DNA of 57,706 bases from IMG/VR virus record IMGVR_UViG_3300032233_002069, positions 1 to 57,706 of that record, one strand, 5' to 3'. Origin of the DNA: a virus. Its lineage: Duplodnaviria; Caudoviricetes. The notes under the pieces are model-generated. The model did no database searches, was not told the origin of the DNA, and worked only from the letters and a program-made list of their open reading frames with translations. Positions 34,400 to 50,185 of the stretch are shown here, one piece after another. A program made the translations under genes and the position numbers. How positions within the stretch are numbered: position 1 is the first letter of the stretch; each line of letters opens with the position of its first letter.

Positions 34400-36274
34400 A
34401 TGGCAGTGAAATCAGTTATCGAGATTGACGTCCAGGACGATGCTTTTAAGGCATTTATTGCGTCTTTTCAGAAATTTCAAGATGCAGTCAAAAATCTGCC
34501 GGGTGCATGGAGCGAAGTAACTGACGCTGCTTCTGGTGTGACTGCTTCGATTGCTAAAAGTGGTGAGAGGATCAGTGGAAATCTGAATCTCATCTCGAAG
34601 CAAACGGAGGAGCATCGCAAATTACAACGGCAGATAGAGGCATCGAATCGCTCCTGGGCCGAGTTCGGTCGCGGGACTATGCGGGTCGCCTCTACGGTCA
34701 AAGATATAACTCTCAATCTCGCTAAGTGGGGTGCTGTCTCGGGACTCCTTACTGGTGCAGGCGGATTCTTCGGGTTTAGAGCTTTAGCGGAAAGCTCGGC
34801 TCAGGCTAGGCGCGGCGCTCTCGGTCTCGGTATCACTTCCGGGCAGTTCCGCGCCGCCGAAACTACCTATGGCCGTATTGGTGGCGCGGGCAATATCCTT
34901 TCTAAAATCTCTGAAATGAAGCAAAGCCCCGAAGGCATTGCTCAGCTTCAAAGGCTTGGGATAAGCGCAGAAGATGTGGCTAGTAAAAATGCTGGCGAGT
35001 TATTAGATCAGGTTCTTGTTGGCATTCAAACTCGGTACAGATCTTTTGCCCCAGGGCTAGAAAGGCCGCTTTCCGAAACTTATGGATTGACGGAATTCGG
35101 CGACCTAGAAACAATAAAACGAATTGCCGACCTACAGCCGGGTGAGCTTCCTCAAATGGCGTCGGAGTTTGCTAGGCGGAGTCGTGAACTTGCCGTTTCC
35201 GACAATGTTGATAGGCGATATGAGGACTTTTTGTCTCGTATTGGTACTGCGAGTGAGCGGTTGAAGGTCACTCTTATCGACAATCTCGAAAAGCTGAGTG
35301 AGCCTATAGCTAATGTTGTTGATGCGTTTACCAATTTGATAGCCTCTGGCATAAACACGCCAGGATTTAAAGAGGGTATCAAGTCTTTCGCGGACTACAT
35401 TCAGGAATTATCAACTTGGCTTGGATCGGAAGAGGCTAAGAAGTCTCTTCGAGATTTTGCGACTAGTATCACCCAAGTCGTCGCCGGTCTTGGTAGGATG
35501 GTTGCTTGGCTTGCTAGCTGGTTTCCAGAGGAAGGAGAGAGACCTCCGAGAGAATCTGGTGATAGGCCCAGCCCTTCGAATCCTCAGGGTGAAAGAAGGA
35601 ATAGAAATCCATTTCAGAGGCCACTTTATCCTGCTGAACCGATGTCGTTCACTCCGGCTTCTTACACTCCCGGTGGAGAGGGTATAAACTTTGCCGGTGC
35701 TGTTGGTGGGCGTTTTGGTCGTGGAGGCTCTGGAGTAAGGCCGATCACTGGCGGACCCGGTATGTGGGGTGAGCATTTCGCTTCTCTCGAAAATAGGTAT
35801 GGTCTTCCTGGCGGTTTGCTTAACAGCATTTACCAGCTTGAGTCTGGCGGCGGTCGGAACATGGGTCCAAGTCGCTCAGGCGCACTGGGACCATTCCAAT
35901 TCATGCCAGCCACTGCACAGTGGCTCGGCCTGCAAGATCCGATGGACACGGCATCATCCGCGAATGCTGCAGCTAGGTTCATGGAATACCTGCTAAACCG
36001 CTTCTCCGGCGATCTTGAAATGGCTGCTGCCTCGTATAACTGGGGTGAAGGCAACGTTCGGCGCCAAGTCCAGCGTCTTGGTCCGCGCTGGCGTGAAGGG
36101 CTACCGGAAGAAACTCGCAATTACATTAATAGGCTGATGACGGGTCTGGGTCCGAATGTAGGCATGATTGCTGCACAGCCCAACAATCCGGTATACGTTC
36201 TGCTTAATAACAGCACCGGGGGGAGTGTAGTTGCTTCCGTCAATGGCCTAGTCATACCAGGAACAGTGACATGA
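34400..36274 (+). CDS. Tape measure protein with C-terminal lytic transglycosylase (SLT)
   Basis: LESGG, GALGPFQFMPATA, ASYNWGEGNV, PEETRNY. Confidence 0.85.
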   Translation: MAVKSVIEIDVQDDAFKAFIASFQKFQDAVKNLPGAWSEVTDAASGVTASIAKSGERISGNLNLISKQTEEHRKLQRQIEASNRSWAEFGRGTMRVASTVKDITLNLAKWGAVSGLLTGAGGFFGFRALAESSAQARRGALGLGITSGQFRAAETTYGRIGGAGNILSKISEMKQSPEGIAQLQRLGISAEDVASKNAGELLDQVLVGIQTRYRSFAPGLERPLSETYGLTEFGDLETIKRIADLQPGELPQMASEFARRSRELAVSDNVDRRYEDFLSRIGTASERLKVTLIDNLEKLSEPIANVVDAFTNLIASGINTPGFKEGIKSFADYIQELSTWLGSEEAKKSLRDFATSITQVVAGLGRMVAWLASWFPEEGERPPRESGDRPSPSNPQGERRNRNPFQRPLYPAEPMSFTPASYTPGGEGINFAGAVGGRFGRGGSGVRPITGGPGMWGEHFASLENRYGLPGGLLNSIYQLESGGGRNMGPSRSGALGPFQFMPATAQWLGLQDPMDTASSANAAARFMEYLLNRFSGDLEMAAASYNWGEGNVRRQVQRLGPRWREGLPEETRNYINRLMTGLGPNVGMIAAQPNNPVYVLLNNSTGGSVVASVNGLVIPGTVT

Positions 36275-36978
36275 GCGATTCGATCGGTAGGACTATTTAC
36301 CAATTAGGGTTTCAGATATCGCCGATCATTCTTGCGAATGGTATAGCGAATTATACACCTACCCTTGGACATCTCCCCATTGTCGCATTGACTGAGGGTC
36401 CGAATGCTATCGTTACTTTGCTGGCGGGTGGGAATCCTTTCAATCTCGATAATTTCTTCGCCCATTTTACTCCGGTCGCCGGAGGAACTATCCTGAATTA
36501 TTCGATCGGCCAGTATCCTTTTGCTAATCAGGCAACAGCTGCAAATGCTATTATTGCGGAGCCATTAAATATTTCGATGAGGATGAACATTCCCGTTAAT
36601 AAACGAGGTGGTCATACTTCGAAGCTCGCGACCATGATTCTTCTGCAGACACTGCTTCAAAAGCATGCCGAATTGGGTGGCACATATGTAGTGGTTACAC
36701 CGGCAGCGTTTTATACAGGGTGCATTCTCACTAAATTGTCGGATGTAAGCTCAAGTGCGGATCCGATTCCGCAGAATGCATGGCAATTCGATTTTGTAAA
36801 GCCTCTCATAACCATAACGGAAGCTAAAGGCGCTGAGTCCACTTTGATGCGCTCGGTCACGCAGCAAACAGCTACTAACGGTAGTTGGAATGCGACCGCT
36901 GCCGTCGGTGGTGTTCCTTCTGTCACGCAGACAGGCGTCGTTGGAACAAATCCAATTCCTTTGACGAGTATTCGCTGA
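36271..36978 (+). CDS. Baseplate / tube initiator protein
   Basis: Synteny. Confidence 0.65.
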   Translation: MSDSIGRTIYQLGFQISPIILANGIANYTPTLGHLPIVALTEGPNAIVTLLAGGNPFNLDNFFAHFTPVAGGTILNYSIGQYPFANQATAANAIIAEPLNISMRMNIPVNKRGGHTSKLATMILLQTLLQKHAELGGTYVVVTPAAFYTGCILTKLSDVSSSADPIPQNAWQFDFVKPLITITEAKGAESTLMRSVTQQTATNGSWNATAAVGGVPSVTQTGVVGTNPIPLTSIR

Positions 36979-37469
36979 TGACGACTTATTACCCATTTCA
37001 GCCAAGCGAAACCCAAGCTTTCAGCTTTCAGCCCACACTCGACAACACGGTGTATACGATTGTTGTGGGCTGGTCGCTTTTTGGTCAAAGGTATTACGTC
37101 CAGTGCTACACGAATAGCACCACGCTTGTTTTTAACGTTCCATTGATTGGTTCGCAAGACGGCATCCACATTCAAAATGTTGAATGGATAAATGGAACCG
37201 TTTTTGCTGTCTGCGACATTCCGCACAATTTCAAGATAGGATCTGTTGTTAAGGCCACTCTTCGCGGATTCGTGCCTGATGCCTATAATGGCGCTCATGA
37301 AGTATTGGTCACAGGACCAGCTTCTTTCTCGTATTCTTTATCTAGTGATCCTGGTGCCTTCTCGTCGTTGGGTTACGTTTATTACGACATTAATTTGGCT
37401 GCAGGGTATTTCACCAATTCCACGTTGGTGTATAGGGCGAGCAATCAGACCTTCGAGGTAAATCCGTAA
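36978..37469 (+). CDS. Baseplate protein
   Basis: Synteny; FSFQPTLD...W..FGQRYY. Confidence 0.65.
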   Translation: MTTYYPFQPSETQAFSFQPTLDNTVYTIVVGWSLFGQRYYVQCYTNSTTLVFNVPLIGSQDGIHIQNVEWINGTVFAVCDIPHNFKIGSVVKATLRGFVPDAYNGAHEVLVTGPASFSYSLSSDPGAFSSLGYVYYDINLAAGYFTNSTLVYRASNQTFEVNP

Positions 37470-38545
37470 TGCGGTTTTACCGGATAGAAATAACCGACCC
37501 GTTTAATAGGGCGCCTCCGATCATCTACACCAGCTGGATCGAAAGACCCGCTTTCCCTCTTTCGGTCTTTGGCCCGACTTCGGATATGGGCGCTCTGAAT
37601 GTACTTTTCGACCTGCAAACTATGCCTTTCTCCACGCCACGGGGCTACAGCTCCGTAGAGATCTGGGGCATTCCTTTGAGCGTGATTAGTGGTTCCTCAA
37701 ATCTGAATAATCGCAATATTTCTATTTATGCCGGATTCAAACCCGGTCTGCCTCTGGCTACACAAGCCTCAACTTATCTATCCGGACCGATAGTACAAGG
37801 ATTTATTTTTCAGGCCTATGGTAACTGGATCGGAACGCAGATGACTCTCAATTTAGTCGTCGCACCGGGTATTCTGACTCCAGTTCAATCAGCACAGCCT
37901 ACTGCTGTACAGGCAATTTCTGCTCCGGTGGCTCCGCCGACCGGATCTTTGTCGATACCCATAAACGGCAGCTTTTATATGCCTCCCGGCATGCCGGTGT
38001 CCACTGCGATTCGGAATTTCCTTTCTACTGCTATGCCCACATTCACGATTGAATCGATAAGTATCAATCCGGATTTCACTCTTCCCCATGAGCAGGGCGG
38101 TATCTTTTACACGATTGAACAGTTCAATCAATGGATATACAGTTATTCTCAAAACGTAGTAGGGTCGAATTATCCGGGTATCAGTATTCGTGTTCAACAG
38201 GGTAACAGACTGATCGTAAGCGACGCTAATCCTCCGACCAAAACGGTGGTAATATCCTATCTCGATTTGATTGGACAACCGACTTGGATAGAGCCATTTA
38301 AAATCCAAATAAAATGCCCTATGCGATCGGATTTGCAAGTAAATGATGCCATAGTGTTGCCACGAGGGTATTATTCAATTTTGCCTTCCACTTTGTCGCG
38401 TCAATTCCCCGAACGCTCTCGCTCGGTCCAGCAAGGAAGATACGTTGTCAGAGAATTAAGACATGTTGGTAATTTCAGACAGGGCGATGCTGCGTCTTGG
38501 GTGACGGTAATCACTTGCGAATTTCTTCCTCCGGGAGTCGTGTAA
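37469..38545 (+). CDS. Baseplate hub protein
   Basis: LIGQPTW, RHVGNFRQ...WVT. Confidence 0.7.
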   Translation: MRFYRIEITDPFNRAPPIIYTSWIERPAFPLSVFGPTSDMGALNVLFDLQTMPFSTPRGYSSVEIWGIPLSVISGSSNLNNRNISIYAGFKPGLPLATQASTYLSGPIVQGFIFQAYGNWIGTQMTLNLVVAPGILTPVQSAQPTAVQAISAPVAPPTGSLSIPINGSFYMPPGMPVSTAIRNFLSTAMPTFTIESISINPDFTLPHEQGGIFYTIEQFNQWIYSYSQNVVGSNYPGISIRVQQGNRLIVSDANPPTKTVVISYLDLIGQPTWIEPFKIQIKCPMRSDLQVNDAIVLPRGYYSILPSTLSRQFPERSRSVQQGRYVVRELRHVGNFRQGDAASWVTVITCEFLPPGVV

Positions 38546-38546
38546 T

Positions 38547-39146
38547 ATGGCTGACAATTCTCAAACCACGCCACTAGTAAGGACCCTGACACGTTTTGTC
38601 CAGGGGGAAATCGAGAATAAGGTTCAGCAATTCGGTCAGTCTTTGCCGGTGTCTGTGGTCGCGGTCGATGGACCTTTCGTTACTGTCCAATTCGAAGTTC
38701 AAAGCACGATCACTTTCCCGAATATGAAAGTCCCTCAGGCTATCTCTCGCTATGCAAGGCCTCCCACCCAGGTCGGCGACAAAGGCTTTGTAGTTGCGGC
38801 TGATGTGTATCTAGGGGGCGTGACGGGTCTAGGTGGCGGATACGCGAATTACTCTCGCGACGAATCAAATCTGTCCACATTGGTGTATGTGCCTTTGAGC
38901 AACACGAGCTGGCCTGCTGTAGATACTAATGCTTACAACATTACGGCACCGAATGGTGTGGTCATCAAAGATGACTCCGGAAATAGCGTTATAACTTTGA
39001 CTCCTTCTTCGATCGTGCTAGAATGTGGTGGAAGCAGCATTGTTATAGACGCTTCCGGAGTAAAGATAATGGGTGTGGACTTCCTTACTCATGTCCATTC
39101 TGGCGTTCGCTCTGGACCTAACAATTCTGGGGGCGTGGTCGTTTAA
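38547..39146 (+). CDS. Baseplate spike (Gp138/GpV-like)
   Basis: C-terminal THVHSGV HxH metal-binding apex. Confidence 0.8.
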   Translation: MADNSQTTPLVRTLTRFVQGEIENKVQQFGQSLPVSVVAVDGPFVTVQFEVQSTITFPNMKVPQAISRYARPPTQVGDKGFVVAADVYLGGVTGLGGGYANYSRDESNLSTLVYVPLSNTSWPAVDTNAYNITAPNGVVIKDDSGNSVITLTPSSIVLECGGSSIVIDASGVKIMGVDFLTHVHSGVRSGPNNSGGVVV

Positions 39147-39481
39147 TGCGCGTTTACGGACGAAATTCGGAAACTGGGGCTTGGGAGATGGTCGAGACCA
39201 CTCCGGCTGGCCAGAACGATTACGTCTATATCACGGCGATGATCCAGTGCATTAAATTGAATATCAACGAATCTCCTTTCTGGGCGGATTGGGGTATTCC
39301 TGCGCAGCAGTCTGTCGTCCAGCAAGTGTTTCCGGATTTCTATGTGGCGTTGATTCAGCAGAGATTCGCGCCATTCTTCGCTAGCCTGCAAATAACCAAA
39401 TTGCAGTCAACGACTCCGACTTACAATGTCTCGGTCGTGACCAATCAGGGTGTCCAAATCGCAATGAGCATTCCCGTATGA
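39146..39481 (+). CDS. Baseplate wedge / sheath initiator
   Basis: ESPFWADWGIP; synteny. Confidence 0.65.
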   Translation: MRVYGRNSETGAWEMVETTPAGQNDYVYITAMIQCIKLNINESPFWADWGIPAQQSVVQQVFPDFYVALIQQRFAPFFASLQITKLQSTTPTYNVSVVTNQGVQIAMSIPV

Positions 39482-40893
39482 GCGGAACCATTCCTATCGT
39501 CCTTGGCCCAGCTGGCATGATTGCTGCTAGTCCTGCAGTAGTTCAGCAAGAGCTTCTGGCTAATGTGGCCGCAACAAATCCGGGTTACACCGCGAATCTT
39601 CCTGGAACTCTCATCGAGGACATCAGCAGCACAGACGTTGCAGCGATCCTTCTCTGCAATTCGGCCTTGGTCGAATTAGTGAATTCCGTCACTCCCTACG
39701 GCGCCAATCAATTCCTCCTGAATCAGCTTGGTCAGATTTACGGCGTTCAGCAGGGCCAGAACACCAACACTTCCGTGTATGTCGTGTTTAGTGGCCCAGC
39801 AGGTTTCGTCATTCCTATCGGCTTCACGGTGTCGGACGGGACCTATAATTACACAGTTCAGACCGGTGGTATCATAGCTACCGGGGGCGACAGTGTGCCA
39901 CTGTATTGCTTGGCGACGCAGGCCGGGTCTTGGGCAGTTCCGGCTAACACGGTGACGTCTATCACTACTTCTGTCCCGTCGCCGATCGTCATTACTTGTT
40001 CTAATCCGCAGCCGGGTACGCCTAGTTCTGGCGCTCAATCTGTCGAGAGTTATCGCTCCCAAGTCCTGCAAGCGGGTCTCGCTGCCTCTCAGGGCATGCC
40101 GCGATATCTTAAGACGTTGTTGTCTAACATTCCAGGTGTTCAGCCACGGTTGATTTCGATCGTCCAGGGTGTTGGTGGCTGGAAAATCATAGTGGGTGGC
40201 GGTGATCCTTATGAGGTCGCTTATGCCATTTACAGCGCACTATTCGATGTTACGAATTTGGTCGGGTCCGTAATTTCTATCACGGCGATCACTCAGGCTG
40301 CAGCAGCGCAAGTAACTACTGACCTGAATCATGGTTTGACTACGGGCGACACGACCACTATCAGTGGCGTCACCGGCATGACGGGGGCTAATGGCACCTG
40401 GACAGTCACCGTACTTAGCGAAAAGACGTTCACGATTCCTTACAATTCGACCGCTGCCCCTGCCTATATCAGTGGCGGTGAGCTGTCTCCGAATTCTAGG
40501 AATCAGACCGTAACTGTCAACGATTATCCGGATGTCTATAACATAACCTTTGTCGTCCCTCCGGTTCAGTCCGTCGGTGTTTCGCTCACCTGGAATACGA
40601 TTTCCACCAATGCTGTCTCTGCCTCTTCGATGGCATCCGTAGGCGCAGCGGCGATCGTCGAATACATCAATAGCATCTCTGTGGGCCAGCCTATTAATAT
40701 TTTTGAGCTTCAGAATGCCTTTCAGATCGCTACCGCTTCGATCCTTCCCACTTACCTCTTGACTCGAATGGTATTTGCGGTCACCATCAATGGCATTCTT
40801 ACCAGCCCGAATGCTGGCACTGGCATCATCGAGGGGGACCCGGAAAGCTACTTCTTGACCGACATCACTCAGATCAGCATTAATCAGGGCTGA
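39478..40893 (+). CDS. Baseplate J-like protein
   Basis: LNQLGQIYG, FVIPIG..VSDG, QSVESYRSQV. Confidence 0.8.
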   Translation: MSGTIPIVLGPAGMIAASPAVVQQELLANVAATNPGYTANLPGTLIEDISSTDVAAILLCNSALVELVNSVTPYGANQFLLNQLGQIYGVQQGQNTNTSVYVVFSGPAGFVIPIGFTVSDGTYNYTVQTGGIIATGGDSVPLYCLATQAGSWAVPANTVTSITTSVPSPIVITCSNPQPGTPSSGAQSVESYRSQVLQAGLAASQGMPRYLKTLLSNIPGVQPRLISIVQGVGGWKIIVGGGDPYEVAYAIYSALFDVTNLVGSVISITAITQAAAAQVTTDLNHGLTTGDTTTISGVTGMTGANGTWTVTVLSEKTFTIPYNSTAAPAYISGGELSPNSRNQTVTVNDYPDVYNITFVVPPVQSVGVSLTWNTISTNAVSASSMASVGAAAIVEYINSISVGQPINIFELQNAFQIATASILPTYLLTRMVFAVTINGILTSPNAGTGIIEGDPESYFLTDITQISINQG

Positions 40894-40897
40894 TGAT

Positions 40898-41599
40898 ATG
40901 ACTCTTCAGAATACGATCCCATCCTACCTCTACACTCAGTATTCTGACGATGACGATTTGCAAGCTTTCGTAGCGTCTTACAATACCATCACTCAAAAGT
41001 ATGTGGACACGTTCAATCAATTGAATCTGCCCATCTATACAGGGCTTTCGGGTGCTTTGCTGGATTGGGTCGGCCAGGGCGTTTACGGATACCCAAGACC
41101 CACTCTTCCTGCTAGCGGCGCCAGTGTTATCGGTCCGATCAATACCTACGGTCCTGATTTCTTCGTTCCTTTAAATACGCAGGAGTCCACTGTAGCTACT
41201 AATTATGTGACGACTGACGATATCTATAAAAGGCTATTAACTTGGCATTTTTACAAAGGCGATGGCAAGACTTTTAGCATTGAATGGTTGAAAAGAAGGA
41301 TTAAAAGATTCCTAATCGGATCTAATGGCACTGCGCCCTTCATTGATCAGACCTATGATATTAGCGTTAATTTCAGTCCTGGAAATGTGGTTGATATCAT
41401 TCTTCCCGAAAGCCCGGAATCAGATATTCTCATATCTGCCATAGACAGTGGTGCTGCAGAAACGCCTTTTCAATACTCTTTCAATATTACTACCTCTCCT
41501 GCCGGAAGTCTGGTAATATGGCTGAATAACACCAGCAACATCGTCGATTGGGAGAACAACAGTTCTTCTAACGTCGATTGGGTCAACAACTCGGTCTGA
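40898..41599 (+). CDS. Baseplate wedge protein (DUF2612-like)
   Basis: GALLDWVG..VYG..R, TDDIYKRLL. Confidence 0.75.
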   Translation: MTLQNTIPSYLYTQYSDDDDLQAFVASYNTITQKYVDTFNQLNLPIYTGLSGALLDWVGQGVYGYPRPTLPASGASVIGPINTYGPDFFVPLNTQESTVATNYVTTDDIYKRLLTWHFYKGDGKTFSIEWLKRRIKRFLIGSNGTAPFIDQTYDISVNFSPGNVVDIILPESPESDILISAIDSGAAETPFQYSFNITTSPAGSLVIWLNNTSNIVDWENNSSSNVDWVNNSV

Positions 41600-41608
41600 G
41601 GTGCTTCG

Positions 41609-44773
<3,165 letters not shown>

Positions 44774-44805
44774 AACAGTTTTTCGTAACCACAGAAGAGG
44801 CAAAC

Positions 44806-44979
44806 ATGAGTAAAGAAGAAGACAAGACAATCACTTTGACGCTCTCAGTGGGACAGGTAAATCAACTCCTGACTCTCCTCGGAGAGCTTCCGTTCAACAA
44901 ATCTGCAGACGCTATCTTTTTTCTTAAGAAGATAGGCGATGAGCAATTGCAAGCTATCGAAAAGGAAGAAGCAGCTTAA
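44806..44979 (+). CDS. Small fibre-associated protein (57 aa)
   Basis: Hand-found ORF with GAGG RBS (LLTLLGELPF). Confidence 0.6.
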   Translation: MSKEEDKTITLTLSVGQVNQLLTLLGELPFNKSADAIFFLKKIGDEQLQAIEKEEAA

Positions 44980-45378
44980 ATGATCGTATCGGACAACAGG
45001 CTGATTAGAGTTATTCCGCCCTGGCAGCAAAGATACTCATGGCCTGTTTCCGAACCCGATGACGACCTTGATTATTCGTTCGATGTAACTGCAGCCTTGT
45101 TAGATGCGAATGATCAGTTCGAATATGCAACTGCTTGTGTCGCTCCTCATGGACTGACCGAATTATACCTAAGTTCTATGACATATGCAGACGGGATAAT
45201 CACCCTTAGGGCGTCCTATGGGGTCCCTGGAAGAGTATATATCATAAACATTAAGGTTTACTGTTCCAATGGGAGACAGTTCTCCTTTTTCGTTGAACTT
45301 CCTATAAGTGCCAATTCGGTGGTAAACTTGCCTGGACCGCCTTATTCGCCTTATTATAGCAATCCAATCTCCACATAG
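44980..45378 (+). CDS. Fibre adaptor-like protein, paralog of 46992..47456
   Basis: WP...LDY..DV...GVPGR.Y shared. Confidence 0.6.
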   Translation: MIVSDNRLIRVIPPWQQRYSWPVSEPDDDLDYSFDVTAALLDANDQFEYATACVAPHGLTELYLSSMTYADGIITLRASYGVPGRVYIINIKVYCSNGRQFSFFVELPISANSVVNLPGPPYSPYYSNPIST

Positions 45379-45388
45379 GGATTAAGAC

Positions 45389-45781
45389 ATGTCTGGCACA
45401 TTCCCCAATGAGCAGAGCAACCCAGCAGGCGCCATACCGGTTTGGATCGCACCCGGACAATCAGGTGCCGGTTACACTCCTACCGCAGCCTCTGCGAATT
45501 CCGTCACCACGGGGGGAACGTCGGTAGTAGCCATGGCGGGTCCGATAGCGGGTGGCTTCATCGCCAATCCGCTAAGCGCAGCTGCTCAGGGTCTCGGTGC
45601 CGCAGCGAATCTCTACATTAATTTGATCGGCACACCCGGATCCACCGATGCCGCAGCAGGCAACGGGACGTTGATTCTCGTCCCAGGTGCCTCTTACAAT
45701 GTCCCTGCTCTCGCAAGTGGCGTCAACCTGCGAGTGAATGCCGCGTCGAGCGGTCACAAGTTTACAGCCTTTAAATGGTGA
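45389..45781 (+). CDS. Small structural protein
   Basis: ORF track. Confidence 0.6.
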   Translation: MSGTFPNEQSNPAGAIPVWIAPGQSGAGYTPTAASANSVTTGGTSVVAMAGPIAGGFIANPLSAAAQGLGAAANLYINLIGTPGSTDAAAGNGTLILVPGASYNVPALASGVNLRVNAASSGHKFTAFKW

Positions 45782-45787
45782 TTGATT

Positions 45788-46009
45788 ATGCCATTAGAAA
45801 AAGGCAAGAGCCAGGAAGTCATCTCTCGGAATATTAAGAGGGAGATGGAAGCGGGCAAACCTCAAAAACAGGCGGTCGCCATTGCTTTGCAGGTAGCTGG
45901 CAAGTCCAAAAAGGACTCGATCGAACAATATATGGATTCGGTTAAATCAGGCAAACCTCGCTGGGATGGCGATATGTCTGCCGAATACATTCTCAAGAGG
46001 TCCAAATGA
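45788..46009 (+). CDS. Small basic protein ([16 protein letters not shown]...[11 protein letters not shown])
   Basis: Recognisable small phage motif. Confidence 0.65.
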   Translation: MPLEKGKSQEVISRNIKREMEAGKPQKQAVAIALQVAGKSKKDSIEQYMDSVKSGKPRWDGDMSAEYILKRSK

Positions 46010-46992
46010 GCCAGATTCTCTGGGCGAACAACGCCTCGACCACCATAACTGGGACGATCGCATTCAATTCTCCGACGGTTACGGTATCGGCTGGTACGGG
46101 GGCGTTGTTTCCTTCACCCGGGGCATATCAGTATTTTCTGGCTACACTATCTCCTTCGACTCCTGGCGCGCAGCCACCGGAAATCGTTCGCGTCACTTCG
46201 GTTTCGGGCGACGTGTTTACTGTCCTTCGCGGACAGGAAGGCACGACAGCGCAAGCTTGGGGTGCGGGTTCCATTCTTCAGAATCTGATTACACGCGACA
46301 CGCTGAGCGTTTTTCCGCAGATGACTATTTATGCCGGAAATCCTAATGGCAACGTAGCTGGTGCGGCAGCTTCCGGTATCGCTCCGCCTTCTACGGTCTG
46401 GGACAGCACGAATGGCCTCGTCTGGATCTGCACCGCGTCGGGAAATGCCGCGACGGCCAGCTGGGCAGCACAGGCTCCATTGAATAGCCCGGCTTTTACC
46501 GGAACCCCGACGGCGCCTACTCAATCGCCCGGCAATGATTCAACGCGTGTAGCGACAACAGCATTCATTCAGGCAGCTCTCGCCACTAAGGCTAATCTGG
46601 CTGGCTCTGCCGCGCAGCAATTCAGCGTCGCTGCTGCAAGCTCTAACTCGCAGGCGGTCAACCTCAGCCAATTCACTAATCGCTCGCTCACGACAAATGG
46701 ATATCAGGTGCTTCCTGGCGGTCTCATAATGCAATGGGTGGCGGGTCCTATTGATCCACCGGGACCCTCTGAACCCTCTCACGTGTTGAATTGGTCAATT
46801 CCTTTTCCGGCAGCTTGCCTTGGAACTTATTGTTCTACAAATCTTCCAGGGCCTAGCGTTACTACTGACCATTGGTATCAAACTGCCGGATTCAATACAA
46901 CGACAGTCACGGTTCAGCGTCAGCAGACAGGGTTTACCGGTTCGACCTTTACGGCAACTACTCAAGCTTATGTCCTCGGGATTGGGTTCTGA
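46006..46992 (+). CDS. Tail fibre protein
   Basis: [30 protein letters not shown]. Confidence 0.75.
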   Translation: MSQILWANNASTTITGTIAFNSPTVTVSAGTGALFPSPGAYQYFLATLSPSTPGAQPPEIVRVTSVSGDVFTVLRGQEGTTAQAWGAGSILQNLITRDTLSVFPQMTIYAGNPNGNVAGAAASGIAPPSTVWDSTNGLVWICTASGNAATASWAAQAPLNSPAFTGTPTAPTQSPGNDSTRVATTAFIQAALATKANLAGSAAQQFSVAAASSNSQAVNLSQFTNRSLTTNGYQVLPGGLIMQWVAGPIDPPGPSEPSHVLNWSIPFPAACLGTYCSTNLPGPSVTTDHWYQTAGFNTTTVTVQRQQTGFTGSTFTATTQAYVLGIGF

Positions 46993-47456
46993 TGAATTTC
47001 GCTCGTTCACTAAAGATCGACAAGGCTGGTATAAATTACCTTCAATGGCCTATCGCATCTTATAACGAGCTTCTTGATTACTATTTGGATGTAAATAGCG
47101 CTGTTTACGTGAATGGAGATTTTATCTCTAGTGTTCGCGTAAATGTGGCTCCTTCCGGTTCCGGCGAAATTGAGGCTCTGGATGTCGATGTGGTCGATGG
47201 AGTCATTCGCATCGATCTACAGGGCGGTGTTCCAGGTCGGCTATACCGGGTAAGAGTTAATGTAAACACGTTTCTCGGAAGAGACTATTCCTGGATAGTT
47301 AATCTACCGATAAGAAAAGAATATGTTCCTGGACCCTATCAGGTCGCTCCTGATCCCGGATTCGGTCCGGATTCGAACTGGGCTATGATTGCGCTGGAAA
47401 ATGGTCAGGGTTTCTGGCGTCTGGAAAACGATCTCGGCAATTGGGTTTGGGGCTAG
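46992..47456 (+). CDS. Fibre adaptor-like protein
   Basis: Paralog of 44980..45378. Confidence 0.6.
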   Translation: MNFARSLKIDKAGINYLQWPIASYNELLDYYLDVNSAVYVNGDFISSVRVNVAPSGSGEIEALDVDVVDGVIRIDLQGGVPGRLYRVRVNVNTFLGRDYSWIVNLPIRKEYVPGPYQVAPDPGFGPDSNWAMIALENGQGFWRLENDLGNWVWG

Positions 47457-47460
47457 ATAA

Positions 47461-49998
<2,538 letters not shown>

Positions 49999-49999
49999 G

Positions 50000-50185
50000 A
50001 TGGCTGAAGTGAAAATAATTTTTGAGAAAGAAACGCAGTACGGCATTTACCGTGATGCGCTTTATTTCCCTGAAGATCAATTGCCTTCTGATGAAGAGAT
50101 TGAACGTCTAAAGCAGGAGCGAGTTAATAACTGGGTTGCGATGATCATGGCACCTCCTGTGGAGGAGCTTCCACAAGATGGCTAA
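50000..50185 (+). CDS. Small fibre-associated protein
   Basis: ORF track; GAGG RBS. Confidence 0.6.
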   Translation: MAEVKIIFEKETQYGIYRDALYFPEDQLPSDEEIERLKQERVNNWVAMIMAPPVEELPQDG

